A stretch of 64,000 nt of DNA from an uncultured Atopostipes sp. (GCA_963558565.1 CAUWGX010000002.1:49079-113078), one strand, 5' to 3'; positions 1-11,506 are shown, numbered from the stretch's first letter. Numbers and translations: made by a program. Notes: a model not told the origin generated them from the letters alone.

Positions 1-120
1 CGCCTCATCCACCACACTCGTATCAATGGCGTGAACAGTCGAAGTACCTGCTGTCGCTAATAAAGCAGTCGCGCTGACTCCTACAATCATTTGACTTAAT
101 TTCTTTAGAATATTTTTCAT
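1..120 (-). CDS. 5' end of a secreted protein running off the window start (possibly DUF1002 family)
   Basis: ATG at 120 with AAAGGAG RBS; MKNILKKLSQMIVGVSATALLATAGTSTVHA-IDTSVVDEA reads as a signal peptide; family guess from mature N-terminus only. Confidence 0.6.
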   Translation of the reverse strand, partial: MKNILKKLSQMIVGVSATALLATAGTSTVHAIDTSVVDEA

Positions 121-278
121 TTTAACTTCTCCTTTGTTTATTCGGATACAACTGAATTATACCACAATCTCATTTAATCAAAAAACGGCCTTAAGTCTGA
201 GTGTGAATTTTCATAGAAGTATCTGTCAAAATAGCCTATACTTACCTTACGACAATAAATGAGATAGGTGATTTTATA

Positions 279-1502
279 ATGTATGATCGTGCCTTATTTG
301 AAGCGATTGAAAATGAAAAAAACCGTCAAGAACATGGAATCGAACTCATCGCCTCTGAGAATTTTGTATCCCAAGAGGTCATGAAAGCACAGGGAAGTAT
401 TTTAACGAATAAATACGCGGAAGGTTATCCGGGACGTCGTTATTATGGGGGCTGTGAATTCGTTGATGTGGTCGAGAACCTTGCCATCGAACGGGCTAAA
501 GAACTGTTTGGTGCCGAATACGCGAACGTTCAACCCCACTCTGGAAGCCAAGCGAATATGGCGGCTTATCAAGCCTTACTAAAACCAGGTGATAAAATTC
601 TAGGGATGAATTTAAATCATGGCGGCCATTTAACGCATGGTTCTAAAGTGAATTTTAGTGGAAAATTATATAATTTTATCGCTTATGGTGTCACTGAAGA
701 GGAAGAAGTCATTGATTATGAAGAGATTCGTCGGGTAGCTGTCGAAGAAAAACCGCAAATGATTGTTGCCGGGGCAAGTGCTTATTCGCGTTCGATTGAT
801 TTTAAGAAATTTCGAGCGATTGCGGATGAGATCGAGGCCTTCTTTATGGTAGACATGGCACATATTGCTGGCCTTTGTGCCACAGGACACCACCAAAATC
901 CTGTGCCTTATGCTGATGTAGTCACTTCAACCACCCATAAAACGCTACGCGGCCCTCGAGGCGGTTTGATCCTTGCGAAGAAAAAATATGCAAAGAAATT
1001 AAACAGTGCAGTCTTTCCTGGGATTCAAGGTGGCCCTTTGGAGCATGTCATTGCTGCAAAAGCGGTCGCCTTTTACGAAGCCTTACAACCTTCCTTTAAA
1101 GATTATATTGGCCAAGTGATCGAAAACGCAAAAGCAATGGTCGACGTCTTTAAAGGTTCTAAATTCCGCGTCATCAGTCAAGAGACAGAGAATCATCTTT
1201 TCTTACTCGATGTTTCCGCTTATGGTTTGAACGGCCAAGAACTGGAGACTTTACTCGATGAGGTTGAAATTACAGCCAATAAAAACGCGATTCCTTTCGA
1301 TGAACTACCTCCCACAAAAACAAGTGGTCTTCGTATCGGAACCCCCGCGATTACAACGCGCGGTTTCAAAGAGGAAGAAGCGAAAAAAGTCGCTGAATTA
1401 ATTGTCAAAGTCGCTGAAAACCAAGAAGACACTCAAGTGTTACATGAAGTCAAAGAAGAAGTGCGTGAAATCACTCAACAATTCCCCCTTTACAAGCATT
1501 AA
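279..1502 (+). CDS. glyA: Serine hydroxymethyltransferase
   Basis: [26 protein letters not shown] motif [13 protein letters not shown]. Confidence 0.98.
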   Translation: MYDRALFEAIENEKNRQEHGIELIASENFVSQEVMKAQGSILTNKYAEGYPGRRYYGGCEFVDVVENLAIERAKELFGAEYANVQPHSGSQANMAAYQALLKPGDKILGMNLNHGGHLTHGSKVNFSGKLYNFIAYGVTEEEEVIDYEEIRRVAVEEKPQMIVAGASAYSRSIDFKKFRAIADEIEAFFMVDMAHIAGLCATGHHQNPVPYADVVTSTTHKTLRGPRGGLILAKKKYAKKLNSAVFPGIQGGPLEHVIAAKAVAFYEALQPSFKDYIGQVIENAKAMVDVFKGSKFRVISQETENHLFLLDVSAYGLNGQELETLLDEVEITANKNAIPFDELPPTKTSGLRIGTPAITTRGFKEEEAKKVAELIVKVAENQEDTQVLHEVKEEVREITQQFPLYKH

Positions 1503-1513
1503 TCTAGATTCAC

Positions 1514-1547
1514 AGCGAGTACCTCGCATAAGGTACTCGCTTTTTTT
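1514..1547 (+). terminator. Intrinsic terminator after glyA
   Basis: agcgagtacct-loop-aggtactcgct followed by T run. Confidence 0.9.
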
Positions 1548-1635
1548 AATCCCAATTGCAGATATTGGAATAAGTTAATATCTTCACTTATAATGAATAA
1601 GAGAACGTTTTATTTTTTAGAAAGGGAGTGCGCAA

Positions 1636-3915
1636 ATGCGTTATACGGATTATTTAAATGATTGGTATTTTAAACTGACAGATGAAGTACCAGAAAAATT
1701 AGATGAACTGGATGATTCGTGGAGTTTAGTAGAGGTGCCTCACACATGGAATAATTGGGACGGTCAAGATGGTGGTGCCGATTATTATCGCGGAAAAGGG
1801 GCTTACATGCTTGAGCTCGTTCGCCCGGATGTTCCTGAAGATCATAAAATTTATTTAGAATTCCAAGGAGTCAATTCAGTAGCGGAAGTTTATGCGAACG
1901 GTGAGAAATTGACCGAACATCGTGGGGGTTATTCCACTTTCCGCGTCGATATCAGTGATCATTTTACAGAGGATGAAACAACGATTACAGTTGTGGCAGA
2001 CAACTCCCATTTTGACGATGTTTACCCTCAATCTGCTGACTTTACTTTTTATGGTGGGATGTACCGTCCTGTACAATTAATCACTGTACCCGACACTCAT
2101 TTTGATCTTGATTTTTACGGAAGCTTAGGCATTACTTATAAGACGCAAATTGATCTCTACGATGCCAAAGTACAATTAAATGCATGGATTACAAACCCAC
2201 AGCCTGCGGACCAGATCCATTTTGAAATTACAGATCAAAACGGCGATATTGTCAATGAAGTGTATGTTCCGGCGGAAGAAATGGTTGAAACGATCACTTC
2301 AATTACAGAACCACACTTATGGCAAGGGGTTGAGGATCCTTATTTATATGAATTAACAGCTTCGATTTGGCGTGGAAATGAGTGTTTAGATATTGTTTCC
2401 ACTTCATTAGGTATTCGTGAATTCTATGTGGATCCCGAGGAAGGCTTCTTCTTAAACGGTGAAAAAATGCCGCTTCGTGGAGTAGCGAAACATCAAGACT
2501 TTATGAACAGAGGGAACGCCGTTGAAATAGATCATTTAATTGAAGATGCGCAATTGATTCAAGAAATCGGCGCCAACACGGTTCGCCTCGCTCACTACCA
2601 GCATCCACAAGACTTTTATGAATTATGCGATGCTTTTGGCTTTGTCGTCTGGGCAGAAATTCCGTTTATTTCTGTATTTAACGAAGATCCTGATGCACGA
2701 GAGAATACGATTTCCCAAATGAAAGAACTGATCTACCAAAATTACAATCATGCTTCCATCTTCTTCTGGGGCATCGGTAATGAATTAACAATCGGTGGTG
2801 ACAGCCCTGAGCTAGTGGATAACTTGAAAGAGTTAAATGAATTAACCAAAGAGATTGACCCGACTCGTTTAACAACGATGGCTCAGTTAAACAATCTTCC
2901 AATGGATTCTGAACATAATGAGATTGCAGATGTCATCAGTTATAATATTTATTATGGTTGGTATATGGGACAACTAGAAGACAGTGAGAAATTTATGGAT
3001 AAATTCCATGAAGAAAATCCTGATATCCCACTCGGTATCTCTGAATATGGGACAGAAGGTATTATTAGCTGGCATACAGATGAACCGAAAAACCAAGACT
3101 ATACGGAAGAATACCACGCGCTTTACCATGAACATATGGCAAAAGTACTGGATGAACGTGATTTTATCTGGTCTAGTCATGTTTGGAATATGTTTGACTT
3201 TGGGGCTGATAACCGAGACGAAGGCGGTATTGCCGGGCGTAATAATAAAGGGCTCGTAACATTTGACCGTCAAACCCGAAAAGATGCTTTCTATATTTAT
3301 AAAGCTTACTGGTCTGATGAACCTTTTGTTCATATTACAGGCAAACGCTATGCACAGCGCCCTTATGATGAAATGACCGTCAAAGTTTATTCTAACTTAG
3401 ACACGCTCACTTTACTTGTCGATGGCGAAGAATTTGCAGAAGTCTCAGGCGATAAAATCTTTGAATTTGAAAATGTACCGCTAGAAAATCAATATACAAC
3501 TTTAACAGTCATGGCAGAACCGGGAGTTTACGACAGTGTTACCTTTGAAAAAGTTTCTGAACCCAATCCAAATTACGTTTTACCTGAAGAAGAAGAGGCA
3601 ACCGGTGAAGGCGTACGGAACTGGTTTGAAGAAGAAACAGACAAAGGCGAGCCAGCTCCAGAAATGACTTTCGACGAAGATCATTTCTCCGTTAAGGACA
3701 AAGTAAAAGATGTTTTAGGCAATGAGGATGCGAAGAAGGTCCTGTTGGATACTGTTTCGGCTGTTATGGACATGAACATTAAACCGACCACTCTCGCAAT
3801 GCTCAATGAGTCCCCTGTTTCTAAGTTAGGAACTTTCCTCGGCGGGGATGATGAGGACGAAGAGACCGAAATGATGAAATGGTTAAACGCAGGATTACAA
3901 GAGATTGAAAAATAA
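1636..3915 (+). CDS. Glycoside hydrolase family 2 (beta-galactosidase/beta-glucuronidase-like)
   Basis: DFTFYGGMYRPV, GANTVRLAHY, acid/base WGIGNE, nucleophile ISEYG, WNMFDF, NNKGLVT. Confidence 0.93.
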   Translation: MRYTDYLNDWYFKLTDEVPEKLDELDDSWSLVEVPHTWNNWDGQDGGADYYRGKGAYMLELVRPDVPEDHKIYLEFQGVNSVAEVYANGEKLTEHRGGYSTFRVDISDHFTEDETTITVVADNSHFDDVYPQSADFTFYGGMYRPVQLITVPDTHFDLDFYGSLGITYKTQIDLYDAKVQLNAWITNPQPADQIHFEITDQNGDIVNEVYVPAEEMVETITSITEPHLWQGVEDPYLYELTASIWRGNECLDIVSTSLGIREFYVDPEEGFFLNGEKMPLRGVAKHQDFMNRGNAVEIDHLIEDAQLIQEIGANTVRLAHYQHPQDFYELCDAFGFVVWAEIPFISVFNEDPDARENTISQMKELIYQNYNHASIFFWGIGNELTIGGDSPELVDNLKELNELTKEIDPTRLTTMAQLNNLPMDSEHNEIADVISYNIYYGWYMGQLEDSEKFMDKFHEENPDIPLGISEYGTEGIISWHTDEPKNQDYTEEYHALYHEHMAKVLDERDFIWSSHVWNMFDFGADNRDEGGIAGRNNKGLVTFDRQTRKDAFYIYKAYWSDEPFVHITGKRYAQRPYDEMTVKVYSNLDTLTLLVDGEEFAEVSGDKIFEFENVPLENQYTTLTVMAEPGVYDSVTFEKVSEPNPNYVLPEEEEATGEGVRNWFEEETDKGEPAPEMTFDEDHFSVKDKVKDVLGNEDAKKVLLDTVSAVMDMNIKPTTLAMLNESPVSKLGTFLGGDDEDEETEMMKWLNAGLQEIEK

Positions 3916-3930
3916 AGATTAAAATAAAAC

Positions 3931-3979
3931 AAAAGCATTCAAACCTTCGATTGAAGTGAAGGTTTGAATGCTTTTTTTT
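3931..3979. terminator. Bidirectional terminator between GH2 and mtlD
   Basis: aaaagcattcaaaccttc ... gaaggtttgaatgctttt between convergent genes. Confidence 0.85.
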
Positions 3980-4043
3980 GTGTTTTGCACATTTATATTT
4001 TAGATTTTTATTGTCGCGACGAAACGTTTCGATGAGCGTGCAC

Positions 4044-5189
4044 TTACTCTTTTTCAGTTACACTTCTTTCGATCGCTTTTATTAATTCTTGCGATTCTAG
4101 GCCAGTTACTTCTTGAATCACATCTTCTAACGGTTTTTCTGCTAACATATCTTGCAGTTTTACACTTTCTTCATCTGCGGGATCATCATAATGGAAGATC
4201 ATGCCGACCGTATCAATGAGGGAATCACAAGTTAAGTTTCTTTCTGTTAATTCACGAATAGGTGAAATGAAACGATCATTGTAGCCTAATTTACGCAATG
4301 GTGAACGGCCCACTCGGACCACATCATCTGATATATAAGGATTTTGAAAGCGTTGAATAATTTTTTCTTGGTACTCTTCATGGCGTTCTTTATCAAATTT
4401 CCATTTATCGACCAATAGTGCTCCAGTCTCATTTAACACGCCTTTAAGCTGCTCTAACACTTTTTCATCTACGATCGCTTCCTTGATGGTTTCATAGCCT
4501 AGCATTTTAGCTGTATAAGCAACGGTTGCATGGCCCGTATTCACGGAGAATAATTTTCTTTCAATAAAAGGTTCTAGGGATTTTTCATAACCTACACCCT
4601 CTAACTTCAAGTCTTTGTTTTTCATTTGGGATTCATCGATAATCCACTCATTGAAAGGCTCAACGGAAACATATAAAGGATCTTTGTGTGTTTGTAGTGG
4701 AATAATTCGGTCGACTGCCGCATTTGGAAAGCCAATATAGTGACTAAGCTCTGCGACTTCTTCGTTCGTTAGATGTGCCTGCACATAACCTTTTAACTGC
4801 TCGCTTCCTCCAATTATATTCTCACACGCTAGAATATCTAAAGGAGCCTTATTTTCAGCTTGTAGTCTCTTTTGTAACCCTTCAGCGATGAGAGGTGCAA
4901 TGTACTCTAAAATATTCGCTCCAATCGCAGTGGTCACAATATCTGCTGTTTCTATTTCTTGCGCAACCTTTTCTGGATGCTTTTCATTATTGATTCCACG
5001 CACGTTTGTAATGTGAATCGTTTCAGACTCCGGTGCTGCAAGAGCAATATCATATTCATTTCGCTCGTTTAAAGCATCAATAATTTCTTCATTAATATCT
5101 ACAAAAACGATCTCTAAACCATTTTTCGCTAGGACTTCTCCAATAAAACCGCGTCCTATGTTTCCAGCCCCAAAATGTACTGCCTTCAT
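4044..5189 (-). CDS. mtlD: Mannitol-1-phosphate 5-dehydrogenase
   Basis: [30 protein letters not shown]; operon context. Confidence 0.97.
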   Translation of the reverse strand: MKAVHFGAGNIGRGFIGEVLAKNGLEIVFVDINEEIIDALNERNEYDIALAAPESETIHITNVRGINNEKHPEKVAQEIETADIVTTAIGANILEYIAPLIAEGLQKRLQAENKAPLDILACENIIGGSEQLKGYVQAHLTNEEVAELSHYIGFPNAAVDRIIPLQTHKDPLYVSVEPFNEWIIDESQMKNKDLKLEGVGYEKSLEPFIERKLFSVNTGHATVAYTAKMLGYETIKEAIVDEKVLEQLKGVLNETGALLVDKWKFDKERHEEYQEKIIQRFQNPYISDDVVRVGRSPLRKLGYNDRFISPIRELTERNLTCDSLIDTVGMIFHYDDPADEESVKLQDMLAEKPLEDVIQEVTGLESQELIKAIERSVTEKE

Positions 5190-5192
5190 TCA

Positions 5193-5615
5193 TCATTCTC
5201 CTTTAATCAGTGACAAAATTTCTTCTTTTGTTTCAGCATCTGCAATTTTTTGAACATTTCCAATGTCTTCACATAACACGGCGATTTGCGAAAGCAAATC
5301 TAAATGTTCATCTCCTAATCCCGCGATTCCAAAAACGACCGTGACTAAATGGTCCTCAAATCTTACGCCCTCAGGGATTTGGATAATTGAAATTCCCGAT
5401 TCTTTAATTAAATGACTCGAGTCATTCGTTCCATGAGGAATGGCGATAAAATTCCCCATGTACGTGGAAAGATCATCATCTCGTTCAATCATTTTTTCAA
5501 TATAATCGTTTTCGATTAAACCTTTATCTTCTAATAATTTTCCAGCTAATTTGATCGCATCATTTTTATCTGAAAATGACTGATTTAATGCAATCATCTC
5601 TTCTGTTAGATCCAT
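5193..5615 (-). CDS. mtlF: PTS mannitol EIIA
   Basis: STYMGNFIAIPHGT phospho-His motif; context. Confidence 0.95.
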   Translation of the reverse strand: MDLTEEMIALNQSFSDKNDAIKLAGKLLEDKGLIENDYIEKMIERDDDLSTYMGNFIAIPHGTNDSSHLIKESGISIIQIPEGVRFEDHLVTVVFGIAGLGDEHLDLLSQIAVLCEDIGNVQKIADAETKEEILSLIKGE

Positions 5616-5628
5616 ATTAACATCCTTC

Positions 5629-7677
5629 CTACTTCAGCATTTTTTGTAATGTATTCACGCTAAGATGTTCCAATAATTTTTTTAGTTCTTGGGTATTCCC
5701 TTTTTGATATATTTCGGTATAGGCTTCTTTTTCGATAATCGAACTACTGATGATCCCTAAAAATTCTGCTGTTAATTCGTCCATATCTTCTGGAGCAAGC
5801 ATGACTATGATCCGATCAACCTTCGTCGGCTGATCATCCATTCCTGTTGTTTCTATAGGTTTTTCTAAATGATGCAATTCGATACTTGGAGTTTTAACAC
5901 TTTCGTCTGCAGTGTGTAGCAGCATAATCCCCGTATTCGGAATGGCTAAGGATGATTCATTCAACCGCTGCTCTAATTTATCTTTTAGTCTCGAATCAGC
6001 GTTGAAGACCACACTTAAATAGTCTTCAATCGTTCGAAATACTTGGTCCATCTTTATCACTTCTATATTTTCTATCAATTGATCAGATACTTGGACCACT
6101 CGCTTGACCTTCTCAAAAGATGTTTCTTTTTGGCCGGATGGTGGAGTCCCTGGTAATGAAGGTGCATGATTTGATATATACTGATGAATTCGACCTTTAA
6201 TGGAAGCTATTTCCTCATCATCTAAAATGGGATTAATTAAACGATAATCCGCATCGAAGCCCGATAAAGTAATCGTTGAGAAAATGAGTTCATAATTCTG
6301 TAGATCGACCTCTTGTAAATCTGCCGCACGGACAACATCAATTTCTTTCATTTCAGGGATCGAACGTTCCAAGCGCGCCTTAAGGATTTTAGAAGTCCCG
6401 ATACCACTCGTACAAACGACTAAAACATGAATACCTCTTTGAGCGCTATATTTTTCAAAACTGGAAGCAAAATGAGTGACGACATAACCAATTTCTTGTT
6501 CGGAAAAGATCGTTGGAGAGAAAACTTCAATTAATTTTTCTTCAACAATTGAATATAATGCTGCATATTCCTCTTTTAATTGATTGATGACAGCATTTTC
6601 CATCTCAGGTAAATGCAAGTCGATTCGTTTCAATGCCGCCCCTACATGGTTGACTAAGTCTTGGTACAAAACATTATCTGTATTAAAATTCACTTTAAAT
6701 TCTTTAGAGACTAATCTCATCAAATATTTAATATTAAATCCTAATTCCATATCATAAGCATTTTGAAAAATACTATGCTGTTTTCTAACGTTCATACCTC
6801 GTAACTGCATTGCTAAGAATGACAGCTCGGTCATATTCAATAAGGCCTTCTCTTTTGAATCAAACTTTTTTACAATCGTTAGGATCTGCTGTAAATAAGG
6901 CAGTAACTGATTATGATCCAGCTGCTGGGTACTGTCTATATGATGGTTATTTTTTAGACGTAATAATGAAATAGAAATAATCAAGACAAAATTTATTAAA
7001 TCATCATCCGCTAATTGATTAAAAATTTCAGGTTGTTCTTGTTCAAAGGACTGATAAACCATCTGCAAAATTTCTTTGTCTATTAACGAAAGCATGTACT
7101 GTGATTCTGTTTCTATACTATTCTCTTCGTTATTCATTAATAGTTGAAAGAAATCAAATTTATTGATTTCTTTCAACAAAATTTGACTGAGATATAAGCG
7201 GATATACACTTCGCTTCCGGACAAATAGAGTCTATAATCTTCCGACCGTTTCAATGCGATATTGTATTTAGCGGCGATTTCGTTCAAACGATTGAGATCT
7301 TGTTGGATCGTTGACAACGAAACTTCAAAGAGATTGGCTAAATCGGTCAATGTATTTTCTTTATTTTTTTGTAATCCAATCGTCGCCAATTCTGCCCATT
7401 GTCTTGTTTCAACATCCACCCATTCAATAGTTATTGGTTCCTCAATTTTCTCTAGAAGTTGAGCAACCGCTTCTTCTGAACCATTTAATTGATAAAATTC
7501 CTCTTCTTTTTGCAGGTTAATGTCCAGAGCATCTAGAGTGTTTTCTAACCCTGAAATTTCACGGTAGACGGTTCTCTTGCTTACCTGTAAAATTCGCATC
7601 AATTCGTCCATTGACACGCCTTCACGTTTTTGTGTAAGCAGACGCAATATTATCATTTCTCTATTTGAAAAATACAC
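5629..7677 (-). CDS. mtlR: PRD-containing mannitol operon activator
   Basis: N-terminal HTH (VSKRTVYREI), PRD region, EIIB-like VCTSGIGTS, C-terminal EIIA-like region. Confidence 0.92.
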   Translation of the reverse strand: MYFSNREMIILRLLTQKREGVSMDELMRILQVSKRTVYREISGLENTLDALDINLQKEEEFYQLNGSEEAVAQLLEKIEEPITIEWVDVETRQWAELATIGLQKNKENTLTDLANLFEVSLSTIQQDLNRLNEIAAKYNIALKRSEDYRLYLSGSEVYIRLYLSQILLKEINKFDFFQLLMNNEENSIETESQYMLSLIDKEILQMVYQSFEQEQPEIFNQLADDDLINFVLIISISLLRLKNNHHIDSTQQLDHNQLLPYLQQILTIVKKFDSKEKALLNMTELSFLAMQLRGMNVRKQHSIFQNAYDMELGFNIKYLMRLVSKEFKVNFNTDNVLYQDLVNHVGAALKRIDLHLPEMENAVINQLKEEYAALYSIVEEKLIEVFSPTIFSEQEIGYVVTHFASSFEKYSAQRGIHVLVVCTSGIGTSKILKARLERSIPEMKEIDVVRAADLQEVDLQNYELIFSTITLSGFDADYRLINPILDDEEIASIKGRIHQYISNHAPSLPGTPPSGQKETSFEKVKRVVQVSDQLIENIEVIKMDQVFRTIEDYLSVVFNADSRLKDKLEQRLNESSLAIPNTGIMLLHTADESVKTPSIELHHLEKPIETTGMDDQPTKVDRIIVMLAPEDMDELTAEFLGIISSSIIEKEAYTEIYQKGNTQELKKLLEHLSVNTLQKMLK

Positions 7678-7700
7678 AATATTAACTCACCGTTCCTCTT

Positions 7701-9443
7701 TTAATATTTAGCGATAATTTCACTTATTTCCTTTTCATTTATCTTGTTTTCTACAATCTCAACATTTGAAGCGTCTACTTGTTTGCTTAATTTTTCAGGG
7801 ACGACAAATACGGTATTTTCTTCATCCGTCATTTCGTCAATATGGATTTTTTCAATATTTACTGCGTTTTCTCTCTGTTCAGCATCTTCACGAAGCATTT
7901 CTAATAGCATTGTGCCACTTCCGCGAGTACTATCATCATAGACGACGTTAATGTTCTCGATGTTTTCTACTCTGTCGATTGCCTGACTAGGCTCTTGAGT
8001 CTCTTCTTCTTCAACATTTTCTGATGAGAATTCAGCGACAATGTCATCATACTTTGGACTTTGAAGGAAATTATCTACCGATATATGCATTGAGCTGGGT
8101 GTTCTTTGCTGTGCTCGATTGGTTAACTCTTGTTGCGTGATGACGAGCGTATTCGCATCATCTTTTAATTGATTAATGGCTGAATTTGTTACGTCCATAT
8201 CAATATCTTCTTCTTCAAATTTCTTTCTTAATAAAGAAGCTCCCATTGCGCTCGACCCCATCCCAGCATCACAAGCAAAAATCACTCGATCAATTTGCTG
8301 AGGTTCTATTTCATCCGTTGTTTGTGCGGGTGTTCCTTTTGATTCTTGTTTCATCGATTGTGATTTTTCAATTTCAGAATCTAAGTCGTTATCTTCGGGC
8401 GCACTTTTGTCTGCTCTTAGAATGATTGCTGCAATAATAAACGAGACTAGAGCAGCAACTGCAACACCTGCTAATACTTGTAGCCATTCGCCTCGAGGAG
8501 TCATCGCCATAACAGCAAAAATGGACCCAGGTGAAGCCGGTGCTGATAAACCTGCTCCTAATAACTGACTAACGAAAGTACCAGATACTCCTCCACCGAT
8601 AACAGCTAAAAATAAACTCGGTTTCATCATGATATATGGGAAGTAAATTTCGTGAATACCGCCAAGAAAATGAATAATTAAAGCACCGCTCGATGAACTT
8701 TTAGCGGATCCTTTACCATACATCATATAACCCAACAGAATCCCTAAACCAGGACCTGGGTTAGCTTCTAATAGATACAGAATCGATTTACCAGTTTCCA
8801 GGCTTTGTTCTGTTCCTAGTGGTGTTAAAATGCCATGATTAATTGCGTTATTAAGAAATAATACTTTTGCCGGTTCAATAAATATATTCGCTAACGGCAA
8901 GACACCTACTTGAATAATATAGTCGACACCTTGTGCCATTAAATTTGTTCCTGCTGTTACTGCGGGTCCTACCGCATAATAGCCCAGAATCGCCAAAAGA
9001 GCACCTAAAATTCCAGCTGAGAAATTATTATATAACATTTCAAAACCGGCTCTAATTTTGTTTTGAAACAGTTCATCAAATGTTTTGATGACCCAACCAG
9101 CGAGTGGTCCCATAATCATTGCACCAATAAACATTGGGATCTCCGAGCCGACAATAACACCCATGGTAGCAATGGCTCCGACGACACCTCCCCGCTCTTC
9201 ATAGACTAATTTGCCCCCTTGATATCCGATCATGATAGGTAATAAATAGTTTAACATGGGTTCGTTGAGTTCAGCCAATTGTGGATTTGGCAGCCAACCC
9301 GTTTCAATAAATAAAGCTGTAATTAAGCCCCATGCAATAAACATACCGATATTCGGCATAATCATACTGCTCAGATTGGTTCCTAATTTCTGTACGGCTG
9401 TTCGAAGTGCTCCAGAATTATTATCTGGTGTTTGTGTTTCCAT
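7701..9443 (-). CDS. mtlA: PTS mannitol EIICB
   Basis: MIMPNIGMFIAWG, FLNNAINHG, GGIHEIYFPY, EIIB FACDAGMGSSAMGA. Confidence 0.97.
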   Translation of the reverse strand: METQTPDNNSGALRTAVQKLGTNLSSMIMPNIGMFIAWGLITALFIETGWLPNPQLAELNEPMLNYLLPIMIGYQGGKLVYEERGGVVGAIATMGVIVGSEIPMFIGAMIMGPLAGWVIKTFDELFQNKIRAGFEMLYNNFSAGILGALLAILGYYAVGPAVTAGTNLMAQGVDYIIQVGVLPLANIFIEPAKVLFLNNAINHGILTPLGTEQSLETGKSILYLLEANPGPGLGILLGYMMYGKGSAKSSSSGALIIHFLGGIHEIYFPYIMMKPSLFLAVIGGGVSGTFVSQLLGAGLSAPASPGSIFAVMAMTPRGEWLQVLAGVAVAALVSFIIAAIILRADKSAPEDNDLDSEIEKSQSMKQESKGTPAQTTDEIEPQQIDRVIFACDAGMGSSAMGASLLRKKFEEEDIDMDVTNSAINQLKDDANTLVITQQELTNRAQQRTPSSMHISVDNFLQSPKYDDIVAEFSSENVEEEETQEPSQAIDRVENIENINVVYDDSTRGSGTMLLEMLREDAEQRENAVNIEKIHIDEMTDEENTVFVVPEKLSKQVDASNVEIVENKINEKEISEIIAKY

Positions 9444-9532
9444 CTTTATTTCCTCCTTATTTTATTTTTATTCAATACTTAATCATTCCTACTATCTTTC
9501 AGTAATTTAATATAACGAGATCAAAATCACTT

Positions 9533-9546
9533 TGCAAGCGTTCTCA
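9533..9546. promoter_or_regulatory. Catabolite-responsive element (cre) overlapping the -35 of the mtl promoter
   Basis: TGCAAGCGTTCTCA fits the CcpA cre consensus; minus strand reads TTGCAA-N17-TATATT. Confidence 0.7.
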
Positions 9547-9553
9547 GCACCAG

Positions 9554-9578
9554 TTTTGGCACAAAAAAATTGCCAAAA
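9554..9578. promoter_or_regulatory. Candidate MtlR operator
   Basis: Inverted repeat TTTTGGCA-N9-TGCCAAAA just upstream of the mtl -35; resembles TTGNCAC-type MtlR sites. Confidence 0.55.
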
Positions 9579-9595
9579 ATATTTTTATTGTGAAG

Positions 9596-9624
9596 TTGAC
9601 AACAATCTTTTTGAGGAGTAAACT
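9596..9624 (+). promoter_or_regulatory. Sigma-A promoter of nagB
   Basis: TTGACA-N17-TAAACT. Confidence 0.7.
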
Positions 9625-9661
9625 ATTTTTATAAAAAAATAGTTTAAAGGGGTTATAATAT

Positions 9662-10366
9662 ATGGAAATTATTTATGCTAAAAACAAAGATGAAGGTTCA
9701 ACAAAAGCTTACGAGATCATACGTGAAGCATTAGATAACGGTGCGGAAGTTTTTGGTTTAGCGACTGGGTCAACACCTGAAAGTGTTTATGAGAAACTTG
9801 TTGCAAGCGATGTTGATTTTTCAGATGCTGTTTCCGTCAATTTAGATGAATACATAGGTTTAGCTGGAACAGATGAACAAAGCTATCGCTATTTCATGGA
9901 ACAACACCTTTTCAACGAGAAACCTTTCAAAGCCTCTTATGTTCCAAATGGTTTAAATGATGAAGAAGAAGAAATTAAACGTTACGAGCAAATCCTTGCT
10001 GAAAACCCAGTTGATTTACAACTCTTAGGGATCGGTCAAAATGGTCATATTGCCTTTAATGAACCAGGTACATCGTTTGATTCTGTTACACATAAAGTAG
10101 AACTGACCGATTCAACGATTCAAGCCAATAAACGTAATTTTGAAAAAGAAGAAGATGTACCACGTTATGCTTATTCAATGGGACTAAGCTCTATTATGAA
10201 AGCTAAAAAGATTCTTCTTTTAGCGTTTGGCGAAGAAAAAGCTCAAGCAGTCAAAGACTTAGTAACTGCTGAAGAACCTACGGAAGACATACCATCGACT
10301 ATTTTAGTTAACCATCCTGATGTGACAGTGATTGTCGATGAAGCAGCTGCTCAACTCATTCAATAA
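9662..10366 (+). CDS. nagB: Glucosamine-6-phosphate deaminase
   Basis: [28 protein letters not shown]. Confidence 0.97.
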   Translation: MEIIYAKNKDEGSTKAYEIIREALDNGAEVFGLATGSTPESVYEKLVASDVDFSDAVSVNLDEYIGLAGTDEQSYRYFMEQHLFNEKPFKASYVPNGLNDEEEEIKRYEQILAENPVDLQLLGIGQNGHIAFNEPGTSFDSVTHKVELTDSTIQANKRNFEKEEDVPRYAYSMGLSSIMKAKKILLLAFGEEKAQAVKDLVTAEEPTEDIPSTILVNHPDVTVIVDEAAAQLIQ

Positions 10367-10430
10367 ATTCAGTCAATAGAAGTCTAGGATAAGGGAGCCT
10401 TTAAGCGACCTTTGTCCTAGACTTTTTTCA

Positions 10431-11486
10431 TTATTTAGACGTATATTTCTTCACTTTTGGTAAAATTTCCGTGCCAATTAACTCTATATTTTTCATTATT
10501 TTATCAAAAGGAACCCCGCCAAAATCCATTTGAGCTATATATCTTTGATGCCCAAATTGTTCATATTGATAAAGGATTTTTTCTACAATTTGATCAGGGC
10601 TCCCGATATTCATCACATTTCGGTGATCCATTCCTTGAGCAAATTCACGCTTTGGAAACCCTTGGCCATTGGTTAATTTCATCCCTTCATTAATATAAGG
10701 ATAGACTTCTTGGAAAGCTTCCTGCGTTGTTTCTGCCGTATAGAAAAAACCAGCGGAAGCGACGGGTAGTTCATTTGGATCGTGACCCATACGAGTAGCT
10801 GCTTCCCGGTACGCATCAATTGAATATTTAAAAATCTCCGCAGGGCCTCCTAACATAGCGATAAACATGGGAACCCCAGCAAACCCCGCTTTTACGGCAC
10901 TATTTGGTCCCCCTCCGACTGCACGCCAAATAGGTAACGAACCATTTTTTGGACGCGGAAGCACTTGGGCTTGGCGTAACGGTTCGCGGAATTTTCCTTC
11001 CCAATTCACGATTTCGTTCTCATTAATTTTCAATAATAAATCAAATTTCTCTTCATACAATTCTTCATAGTCTTCTATATTATAGCCGAGCAAATCAAAG
11101 ACACCTAAACGCGATGCCCGGCCGGCAATGATCTCTGCTCGCCCATCTGAAATTAAATCAATCGTTGCGAAATCTTCATACACCCGTACCGGATCCAAAG
11201 TACTAATAATCGTTGAAGAACTACCGATTTTAATTTTTTCTGTAGCTTGAGCAATCGCTGAAAGGACCACTGTGTGTGCCTGGGTTGTAAAATATTCTTG
11301 ATGACTTTCACCCACACTAAAAAAATCGAGGCCCGCCTCTTCCGCAAGCTTTGCCATTTCAATGATTTCCTGCAACCGCTGTTGAGCAGAGATTCTTTTT
11401 CCTGTATTAGGATCCTTGATATGATCCCCTAAGGTATAGAGTCCAAACTCTAAGCCTTCTTCTGGATTGATTCGATATTTTTCTAT
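10431..11486 (-). CDS. LLM-class (luciferase-like) flavin-dependent oxidoreductase
   Basis: EFGLYTLGDH, VGESHQ, DPVRVYEDFATID; start ambiguous (ATA at 11486 is well spaced from the RBS, GTG at 11495 overlaps it). Confidence 0.88.
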   Translation of the reverse strand: MEKYRINPEEGLEFGLYTLGDHIKDPNTGKRISAQQRLQEIIEMAKLAEEAGLDFFSVGESHQEYFTTQAHTVVLSAIAQATEKIKIGSSSTIISTLDPVRVYEDFATIDLISDGRAEIIAGRASRLGVFDLLGYNIEDYEELYEEKFDLLLKINENEIVNWEGKFREPLRQAQVLPRPKNGSLPIWRAVGGGPNSAVKAGFAGVPMFIAMLGGPAEIFKYSIDAYREAATRMGHDPNELPVASAGFFYTAETTQEAFQEVYPYINEGMKLTNGQGFPKREFAQGMDHRNVMNIGSPDQIVEKILYQYEQFGHQRYIAQMDFGGVPFDKIMKNIELIGTEILPKVKKYTSK

Positions 11487-11506
11487 TTTGAACACTCCTT
11501 CGGTAA

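Noticed and set aside
121-278. Glycine, ZTP or THF riboswitch upstream of glyA
   Set aside because: Short divergent intergenic region with no aptamer motifs
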